Assembly (NCBI GenBank): GCA_947492885.1
Contig: CANLPK010000003.1
Location: 2,544-66,543, forward strand
Origin: Bacteroidota bacterium
GTDB lineage: Bacteria; Bacteroidota; Bacteroidia; UKL13-3
Length of the DNA: 64,000 nt
Reading direction: 5' to 3'
The notes under the pieces: model-generated
What the model was told of the DNA's origin: nothing
Databases searched by the model: none
What the model saw: the letters and a program-made list of their open reading frames with translations, nothing else
Part shown: positions 57,224 to 64,000 of the stretch, one piece after another
Layout: every line of letters begins with the position of its first letter
Position numbering within the stretch: position 1 is the first letter of the stretch
Translations under genes and position numbers: made by a program

Positions 57224-58927
57224 ATGACTAAGGAAAACAATAAGGAACCGGCGATTGAATTGGTATTTAAAAATGCAATGAAAAGCCGAGTGTATGATGC
57301 CGAGAAAAATTTGGTCCACCTTCGTTCCGTTATAATCTTTTTCAATATTGCTTGTTATTTAGTTTTAGATGATATCAGTAGGACACCTCTTTTAGCCTAT
57401 TCTGTTATTGCCTTAGCAGGCATATACACACTCTATCTTGAGATATTTCGGCCATATGAAAAATACGAGATATTTACTACTGCATACTTTACAGCGATTA
57501 CCGATGGTGTCCTAATCTGCCTTTGGATATATGTAACTGGAGGATACGCCTCTCCATTTTATATCATCTGGTATATTTCTATTATCGCAGTGGCCTTTCG
57601 TTTTAACTCCACGGTAACAATGATTACTGCGCTGTTTTATGCATTTTGTTATTTCTTAGTGATAGCATTATCAGGAACCGTTGAACTCCTCACCCATGCA
57701 ACCGATATCCTAATTCGTATTGTATATATCATCTTAACAGGATTTGCTGGGGTTCTTATTACTCGGGGAAATATCATTCAAACAATTCAGAAGGTGAAGT
57801 TAGAGCTGCTCTCAAAGGAAGTGGAGTTAGTAAATAATCAACTCTCCGATCAAACCATTTTATATGAGAATATGCTTCAGGCACAAAGTGAAATGGGAGA
57901 AGGGGTTGCCATTTTATCGGATGATACCTTAAGTTATGTAAACGACGCACTCTGCCTACTCACTGGTTATAGCAGGGAAGAGTTAATAGAAATGAAAGGA
58001 GTATTAAATCTTATTGCCGAAGAAGAAAGAGAGAAAATGAGTGAAGCATCTCAAAAACGTTGGGATGGAGATATAACAGAAAGTTATGATGAAACATGGC
58101 TGGTAAGAAAAAATGGAGAGAAAAGGGCCGTTGGATTTTCCTCTAGTGTTTTTGAAATCAATCAAAAGAAAAATATGTTTTTCATTATGAAAGACATCAC
58201 CGAACAAAAGCAAAAAGACGAAGAATTACTATCCAAAACAAAAGACCTTGAATTGCAAAATGCGGAGCTGCAACAGTTCGCCTACTTTGCTTCTCACGAT
58301 TTACTTGAACCACTACGAATGGTGAATAGCTTTCTTACATTGCTTGAAAAGAAATACAATGACCAACTAGATGAAACGGCACACCAGTATATCAATTTCG
58401 CAACGGATGGGGCGGTGAGAATGCGTAAAACCATTCTTGATCTTCTTGATTATTCGCGTGTAGGTACGCAAGCTTGGGAAAAGGAAATAGTTGATATGAA
58501 CGCTCTGATGAATGAGATAATGATTGTACTTAGCTCATCTATTGCCGAAACAAACGCAAAAATTACCTGGGGGGAACTACCGAAAATTAAGGGTGGAAGA
58601 ACACATCTTCAACTCGTACTCCAAAACTTAATTAGTAATTCACTAAAATATAAGTCGCCCGATTTAGCTCCAATGATCGAAATTTTAAGTACGGAAACCG
58701 AAACCCATTGGCAGTTTTCGGTAAGCGATAATGGACTTGGAATAGACCCTAAATTTTTTGATCGAATTTTCATCCTGTTTCAACGATTACATAGCAAGGA
58801 AGAATATGCTGGATCGGGAGTAGGACTCGCTATTGCTAAAAAAATTGTGGAAAATCATAGAGGCAAAATTTGGGTAAGTCCGGGAAAGAAAAGGGGAAGC
58901 ATCTTTTATTTTAACATCCATAAATAA
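57224..58927 (+). CDS. Membrane sensor histidine kinase (multi-TM N-domain, PAS, HisKA, HATPase)
   Basis: About 5-6 hydrophobic helices in the first ~190 aa; PAS (GVAILSDDTLSYVNDALCLLTGYSREEL); H-box FAYFASHDLLEPLRMV; N-box LQNLISNSLKY; DNGLGI; GSGVGLAI. Confidence 0.88.
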   Translation: MTKENNKEPAIELVFKNAMKSRVYDAEKNLVHLRSVIIFFNIACYLVLDDISRTPLLAYSVIALAGIYTLYLEIFRPYEKYEIFTTAYFTAITDGVLICLWIYVTGGYASPFYIIWYISIIAVAFRFNSTVTMITALFYAFCYFLVIALSGTVELLTHATDILIRIVYIILTGFAGVLITRGNIIQTIQKVKLELLSKEVELVNNQLSDQTILYENMLQAQSEMGEGVAILSDDTLSYVNDALCLLTGYSREELIEMKGVLNLIAEEEREKMSEASQKRWDGDITESYDETWLVRKNGEKRAVGFSSSVFEINQKKNMFFIMKDITEQKQKDEELLSKTKDLELQNAELQQFAYFASHDLLEPLRMVNSFLTLLEKKYNDQLDETAHQYINFATDGAVRMRKTILDLLDYSRVGTQAWEKEIVDMNALMNEIMIVLSSSIAETNAKITWGELPKIKGGRTHLQLVLQNLISNSLKYKSPDLAPMIEILSTETETHWQFSVSDNGLGIDPKFFDRIFILFQRLHSKEEYAGSGVGLAIAKKIVENHRGKIWVSPGKKRGSIFYFNIHK

Positions 58928-58932
58928 TTAGC

Positions 58933-58940
58933 TACTTTTG
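58933..58940 (+). promoter_or_regulatory. Candidate -7 box TACTTTTG upstream of the REC-PAS gene
   Basis: TAnnTTTG match 6 nt after the kinase stop and 107 nt before the ATG at 59047. Confidence 0.25.
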
Positions 58941-59046
58941 TCTGCCACACAATGAAGTATTCTATAATGCCAAGTTGTTATAGGCGAAAAAACTAAAACT
59001 TGGTTAAAAGCATTTTAGAACATATATCTGCAATCTTAATTTTGAA

Positions 59047-61203
59047 ATGCCTTTTTCTGTAAAAGAATTACATCTGCTTGTTGTCGAAGATAATATCGGT
59101 GACTTTGTGTTGATTGAAAGTCATCTCAAAGAAGAGATAGAAATTCCTGTTATCCATCATGCGAAATCATTTGCGAAAGCCAAGGAAATTTTATTGCAGG
59201 GTATTAGATTAGATGTTATTCTACTCGACCTTACACTCCCCGATGGAACTGGCGATGCTTTAGTTTATGAAATCTCAAAAATAAAGGGATTAATTCCAGT
59301 AGTGGTGCTTACCGGTTTTGTTGATCGCGATTATGGAATTAAAACTTTATCACTAGGCATATCCGATTATTTGCTAAAGGATGACTTAAATGCCTCACAA
59401 CTTTATCGAAGCATTACTTACAGTATTGAACGGAAACGAATTGAATTGAAACTTCGGGAATCGGAGTTGAATTATCAAAATTTATTTCACCTCAGTCCAA
59501 TGCCCATGTGGGTTTACGATATCGACACGCTGAAATTTCTAAGTGTGAATGATGCCATGGTGAAAATATATGGCTATTCAAGACTAGAACTACTAACAAA
59601 GACCATTCGCGAAATTAGACCTGAGCATGAAGTTCCTGAAATGGAGGACCGGGTTAGAATTAATTCCGATACGAATGTTTTATATGAAGAAGCTATTACA
59701 CATCAGCGAAAAAATGGGGAGCTAATGTATGTGGAATTGCAAAGCAATATCATACAATTTGAAGGCCGTAAAGCAAAGCTTGTAATTGCTTCCGATATCA
59801 CCGAGAAAATTAAATTTGACCTTTCCTTAAAAGCAAGTGAGGAAAGATTTAAGCTCTTAGTACAGGAAGGTGCCGACCTCATTACCATTGTGGATGCTGC
59901 CGGAAATCAGAAATACCTCAGCCCGAATTCTCTCTCAATTATTGGAATTGCTTCGGAAGATTTTGTTGAATCTAATTTTTTCAATTTAGTTCATGAACAA
60001 GATCGGGATAAAGTACTCGCCGAATTTAAAGCCTTACCTTCCCAAGGACGACTCATGATGCAGCCCTATAGAGTAGTTATAGGCAGTAAGGTGAGGTGGC
60101 TCGAAACCATTCTCTCCGATATGACCGCCGACGCTTCAATTGATGGAATCGTTGCCAATTCCCGTGATATTACCGCTTCGGTTGAAAATGAAAATAAATT
60201 AAAAGAGAGCGTTGACCGCTATAATATCGTGGCCAAAGCAACCAGCGATATCATCTGGGATCGTGATTTGATTTCTGATAAAATTATCTGGAATAAAGGA
60301 TTGCAGGGTATTTTTGGATATCGCGATCGTGATGCGATGACTACCGTCGATTGGTGGTATAGCAAGATTCATCCTGAAGACAAAGGAAGGGTTACTGGAG
60401 TGGTTAATCATAACCTAAATAAGAAAAACACCCGTTGGCAAGATGAATATCGATTTCAAAGTGTTGATGGAACTTATAAGGATGTATTCGATCGGGTATT
60501 TCTAGTAATTGATGATGCGGGGAAGCCCATTCGAATGATTGGTGCCATGCAGGATATCACTCGAAAAAAAGAGGAAGAAAGAAGATTAAAACTTTTAGAA
60601 TCGGTAATCACAAATACTAATGATGCCATCGTAATTACCGAAGCGGAATCATTTGATCCTTCGGGGCCTAAAATTGTGTTTGTGAATGATGCCTTCACCA
60701 AAATGACAGGCTACTCAAAAGAGGAGATTGTCGGAAAAACCTCAAATATTTTGCACGGTCCTGAAACTGACCCTGATCAGCTTCGGCTGCTCGCCACAGA
60801 GATGGGGAAATGGAAATCGGCAGAAACTGAACTCATTTACTACAAGAAAAACAGAGAAAAATTTTGGGTAAATATGGAAATTGCCCCCGTATCAGATGGC
60901 AAAGGATGGTTCTCGCATTGGATTACAATTCAGCGTGATGTGAGCGAAAGAGTCAATTATATGAAGGCCATCGAACAGCAAAATATTAAGTTTAGAGACA
61001 TCGCCTGGATGCAATCGCATATGGTTAGAGCTCCTTTAGCTCGTATCATGGGTGTTTTGGAGTTATTAAGATTTAATTCAAAAGAAGAATCAGAAAACAC
61101 CGATTTAATAACTTATCTTTTATCTTCGGCCACCGAACTTGATGAAATTATTCGTACTATTGTTAAGAAAACAGAACAAGTTGAAAATCGAAATAACAAA
61201 TGA
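59047..61203 (+). CDS. REC + 4x PAS + C-terminal DHp-like (His-containing) module with no ATPase domain
   Basis: REC: LLVVEDNIGD, DVILLDLTLPDGTG (Asp61, 59227-59229), VVVLTG, DYLLKD. Four PAS blocks. The C-terminus IAWMQSHMVRAPLARIMGVLELL (His codon 61018-61020) + ..ATELDEIIRTIV ends about 60 aa after the His, leaving no room for a HATPase_c domain. Confidence 0.8.
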   Translation: MPFSVKELHLLVVEDNIGDFVLIESHLKEEIEIPVIHHAKSFAKAKEILLQGIRLDVILLDLTLPDGTGDALVYEISKIKGLIPVVVLTGFVDRDYGIKTLSLGISDYLLKDDLNASQLYRSITYSIERKRIELKLRESELNYQNLFHLSPMPMWVYDIDTLKFLSVNDAMVKIYGYSRLELLTKTIREIRPEHEVPEMEDRVRINSDTNVLYEEAITHQRKNGELMYVELQSNIIQFEGRKAKLVIASDITEKIKFDLSLKASEERFKLLVQEGADLITIVDAAGNQKYLSPNSLSIIGIASEDFVESNFFNLVHEQDRDKVLAEFKALPSQGRLMMQPYRVVIGSKVRWLETILSDMTADASIDGIVANSRDITASVENENKLKESVDRYNIVAKATSDIIWDRDLISDKIIWNKGLQGIFGYRDRDAMTTVDWWYSKIHPEDKGRVTGVVNHNLNKKNTRWQDEYRFQSVDGTYKDVFDRVFLVIDDAGKPIRMIGAMQDITRKKEEERRLKLLESVITNTNDAIVITEAESFDPSGPKIVFVNDAFTKMTGYSKEEIVGKTSNILHGPETDPDQLRLLATEMGKWKSAETELIYYKKNREKFWVNMEIAPVSDGKGWFSHWITIQRDVSERVNYMKAIEQQNIKFRDIAWMQSHMVRAPLARIMGVLELLRFNSKEESENTDLITYLLSSATELDEIIRTIVKKTEQVENRNNK

Positions 61204-61610
61204 GTTTAGAAATAGCCATCGTTGACGATGATAAAATTATCATTTTCCTTCATAAAATTATGATGGAAAAAAGCGGCTTGTCATCCAATCCCCTATGTTA
61301 CTTAAGTGCTAGAGATTTATTGAATGAGCTAAAAACTAAATCCAATAACAAACAAAAGTATCTGATTTTTCTAGATATTAATATGCCGGAAATGAATGGT
61401 TGGGAGTTCTTAGATGCAGTGAGCACCTCTGCATTTGCCAATCAGGTTTATGTAGTTATTGTTACCTCGTCAATTGACTCTGCCGACCGTGAAATGGCGA
61501 TGAAATATAAATGTGTAATTGACTATTACGAGAAACCGATAGATACAAGTAGTTGCAATCGGATTAAATACATTCCCGATATTGCTCCATTTTATCAAAG
61601 TTTAAATTAA
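61200..61610 (+). CDS. Single-domain response regulator (CheY-like)
   Basis: IAIVDDDKII, YLIFLDINMPEMNGWEFL, VVIVTSS, YYEKP. ATGA overlap with the upstream gene. Confidence 0.85.
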   Translation: MSLEIAIVDDDKIIIFLHKIMMEKSGLSSNPLCYLSARDLLNELKTKSNNKQKYLIFLDINMPEMNGWEFLDAVSTSAFANQVYVVIVTSSIDSADREMAMKYKCVIDYYEKPIDTSSCNRIKYIPDIAPFYQSLN

Positions 61611-61653
61611 TTCCATACTTACTTCGTAGTAAGTTTAATACCTTTTAAAAGGA

Positions 61654-62412
61654 ATGCATACCCAGCCTTCTTCAGATGTTTCAATTAGATTAAACAAAGC
61701 AATTAGTGATACTGGTTTTTGTTCCCGACGTGAAGCAGATAAACTCATTGAACTTGGAAAGGTTATGGTTAACGATGTAAAAGGAAAACTTGGTGATCGC
61801 GTATTTGCTAACGATCAACTAAAAGTTAATGGGCAGTTATTAACTCGCCCCGAAGAAACCATCTATATCGCATTCAACAAACCAGTAGGAATTACTTGTA
61901 CCACAGAGCTGAAAATTGAAGGCAATATCATCGATTATATTCGACATCCTCAACGCATTTTTCCAATCGGCCGACTCGACAAAGCCTCGGAAGGTCTTAT
62001 TTTTCTCACAAGCGACGGGAATATTGTAAATAAGATTTTAAGAGCAGGTAACAATCACGAAAAGGAATATTTAGTTACCGTAAATAAACCCATTACCCCC
62101 GATTTTATTGAACGAATGGCAAGTGGAATTCCTATTCTCGATACGGTAACCAATAGGTGTTTCGTGAAGATGGAAAGTAAATATGTGTTTCGTATCATTC
62201 TTACCCAAGGACTCAATCGTCAAATTAGGCGGATGTGCGAATACCTCGATTATGATGTAACAAAACTGAAGAGAATTAGAATCATGAATATTCATTTGAA
62301 AGATATTCCAGTAGGAGGTTGGCGCAATTTCACTTCTAGCGAACTCGATGAAATAAACCGCCTCATTGCCGACTCAAGCAAAACGGAAGAAGCATCCTTT
62401 ATTAAAAAATAA
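61654..62412 (+). CDS. rluF: 23S rRNA pseudouridine(2604) synthase
   Basis: Collinear with E. coli RluF from memory: [81 protein letters not shown]. Confidence 0.88.
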   Translation: MHTQPSSDVSIRLNKAISDTGFCSRREADKLIELGKVMVNDVKGKLGDRVFANDQLKVNGQLLTRPEETIYIAFNKPVGITCTTELKIEGNIIDYIRHPQRIFPIGRLDKASEGLIFLTSDGNIVNKILRAGNNHEKEYLVTVNKPITPDFIERMASGIPILDTVTNRCFVKMESKYVFRIILTQGLNRQIRRMCEYLDYDVTKLKRIRIMNIHLKDIPVGGWRNFTSSELDEINRLIADSSKTEEASFIKK

Positions 62413-62421
62413 AAAGAACTC

Positions 62422-63051
62422 ATGGCGAACATCACAAAAATATTTGAGAATAATAAAAAATGGATTCAAGAGAAATTGGAAATCGATGCCGATTATTTCA
62501 CAAAACTCTCTCAAGGGCAAGCTCCTGAATTCCTTTACATTGGTTGTTCGGATAGCCGGGTAACTGCCGAAGACCTAATGGGCGTAAAACCTGGAGAGGT
62601 TTTTATTCATAGGAATATTGCCAACCTAGTAAATAATGTCGACTTAAATGTAATGTCGGTACTCAACTATGCCGTGCGACACCTAAAAGTAAAGCATGTG
62701 GTGGTATGTGGTCACTATAACTGCGGTGGTATTAAAGCAGCAATGAAACCGGAAGATATGGGATTGCTAAACCCATGGCTCCGTAATATTCGAGATGTTT
62801 ATCGCCTTCATCGCGATGAGCTCAATGCTATAGCCAATGAAGAGGATAGATATAATCGCTTGGTTGAATTAAATGTGCAAGAACAATGTGTGAATTTAAT
62901 TAAGACGGCAGCGGTTCAAAAAGCTTATAAAGAATGGGGATTAACCGTTCATGGATGGGTTTTCGATATCCATACAGGGAACCTTATTGACTTAAAAATC
63001 GATTTCCCTAAAATACTAGAAGGAATCATGGAAATTTATAAGATCAATTAG
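62422..63051 (+). CDS. can: Beta-class carbonic anhydrase
   Basis: FLYIGCSDSRV, VFIHRNIANLV, VVVCGHYNCGGI, collinear with E. coli Can. Confidence 0.88.
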   Translation: MANITKIFENNKKWIQEKLEIDADYFTKLSQGQAPEFLYIGCSDSRVTAEDLMGVKPGEVFIHRNIANLVNNVDLNVMSVLNYAVRHLKVKHVVVCGHYNCGGIKAAMKPEDMGLLNPWLRNIRDVYRLHRDELNAIANEEDRYNRLVELNVQEQCVNLIKTAAVQKAYKEWGLTVHGWVFDIHTGNLIDLKIDFPKILEGIMEIYKIN

Positions 63052-63219
63052 TCAACTTCAATCCCACTATCAACAATATTCGTTGCTAGCAATCTGTTTT
63101 TATGATTTTCAGCAGTTTTGTAAGCTGCAACTCAATCTTCATGTATCTTCGTGTGGTAATATCGGTATACTAAAGCCGATTCCTCGCTAACAACAAAAGA
63201 AATTGACTATTTTTGCGAT

Positions 63220-63453
63220 ATGAACCAAGAGATAACAAAACGCGTACAATTGGCCCTGGATTCTGTACGTCCTTTTCTGAAGGCCGATGGAGGCGATGCC
63301 CAGATTTTGGATGTAACCAGCGATATGTATGTGCATATAAAACTATTGGGTACATGCAGCACATGCGAATTAAGTAATATGACCATGAAAGCTGGCATTG
63401 AACAGGCAATCATAAAAGCTGTTCCAGAAATAAAAGCCGTGGTGGCAGTTTAA
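63220..63453 (+). CDS. NifU C-terminal-domain (Nfu-like) Fe-S cluster protein
   Basis: VRPFLKADGGDAQILDV..IKLLGTCSTCELSNMTMKAGIE (CxxC). Confidence 0.8.
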   Translation: MNQEITKRVQLALDSVRPFLKADGGDAQILDVTSDMYVHIKLLGTCSTCELSNMTMKAGIEQAIIKAVPEIKAVVAV

Positions 63454-63496
63454 TCAATATTGCACCACACATTACCAACTTTCTTATTTATATTTC

Positions 63497-64000
63497 ATGA
63501 AATTAGTAACGTTCGTTCAAAATCAATCCAATCACTTAGGTATTATTATTAATGATCTCGTTTATCCATTAAACGTTCTCGATTCAAGAATACCCAATTC
63601 ATTACTAGAATTATTACAAGGAGGTGATGAATTGTTAGCGATTGTTCGCGAAGTGGAACAATCATTAATTGCCGGTAAATCACAAGTTTCGGGAACATTA
63701 TATCAAGAATTATATAATTCACTTCTTGCTCCAATAACAAATCCTACAAGTTGCCGCGATGGATACGCATTTCGCCAGCACGTTGCTGCAGCCCGCAGAA
63801 ATAGAGGAGTTCCAATGATTCCCGAATTTGATTCATACCCTATTTTCTATTTTACCAATCATAACGCCATTCAAGGGCCTGGCGAAATTAGTTGTATGCC
63901 CGACCATTTTCAAAAGCTGGATTTCGAACTCGAAGTAGCGATTGTTGTTGGTAAAAAAGGACGTAATATCAAGGCTGCAGAAGCCGATAATTATATCGCA
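63497..64000 (+). CDS. Fumarylacetoacetate hydrolase-family protein, N-terminal 168 codons (continues past the right edge)
   Basis: Not in the track (no stop). Own translation from the ATG at 63497: MKLVTFVQNQSNHLGIIINDLVYPL..APITNPTSCRDGYAFRQHV..YPIFYFTNHNAIQGPGE..LDFELEVAIVVGKKGRNI, typical FAH-family layout. Confidence 0.7.
   Translation, partial: MKLVTFVQNQSNHLGIIINDLVYPLNVLDSRIPNSLLELLQGGDELLAIVREVEQSLIAGKSQVSGTLYQELYNSLLAPITNPTSCRDGYAFRQHVAAARRNRGVPMIPEFDSYPIFYFTNHNAIQGPGEISCMPDHFQKLDFELEVAIVVGKKGRNIKAAEADNYIA

Overview
Gene-dense segment (about 62 CDS, 1 tRNA) from an AT-rich Bacteroidota-like chromosome. Supporting signs: a CarboxypepD_reg-type TonB receptor, a T9SS-type C-terminal sorting domain, DUF1573, DUF3822-rsmD-coaD synteny and TAnnTTTG -7 boxes. 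All product calls come from reading motifs in the translations by eye; no database search was run.

Most of the window is housekeeping: rocD, prfB, coaE, yajC, truA, tRNA-Leu(TAG), tig-clpP-clpX, rsmD, coaD, clpS, plsY, clpB, rluF, can. I saw no rRNA, CRISPR array, integrase, transposase or phage genes.

Four blocks are not ordinary and are the best candidates for undescribed biology:
- 2767-9151: a five-gene operon of exported proteins (Ig-like repeat protein, bitopic helical protein, two divergent DUF2233/phosphodiester-glycosidase homologues, LamG + 4xHYR protein). It is divergent from a TonB receptor across a perfect 12-bp palindrome.
- 36808-40491: a translationally coupled operon of DegT-type aminotransferase, non-canonical carrier-protein-like ORF and three tandem paralogous beta-barrel OMPs. 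An Sfp-type PPTase and an ABC exporter lie upstream on the same strand.
- 53291-61610: a seven-gene signalling island. It includes a pseudo-receiver lacking the phospho-acceptor Asp and a REC-4xPAS protein that ends in a histidine-containing DHp module with no ATPase domain.
- 47715-51295: a STAS-like hypothetical, a signal-peptide-bearing 7-blade WD40 protein, two tandem DUF1036-like paralogues and a PrsW protease.

Other notable items are a 1691-aa C25 (gingipain/PorU-like) peptidase with an internal G8 tract, near-perfect 90-bp tandem repeats encoding the basic N-terminal tail of a pseudouridine synthase, and a prfB with no programmed frameshift.
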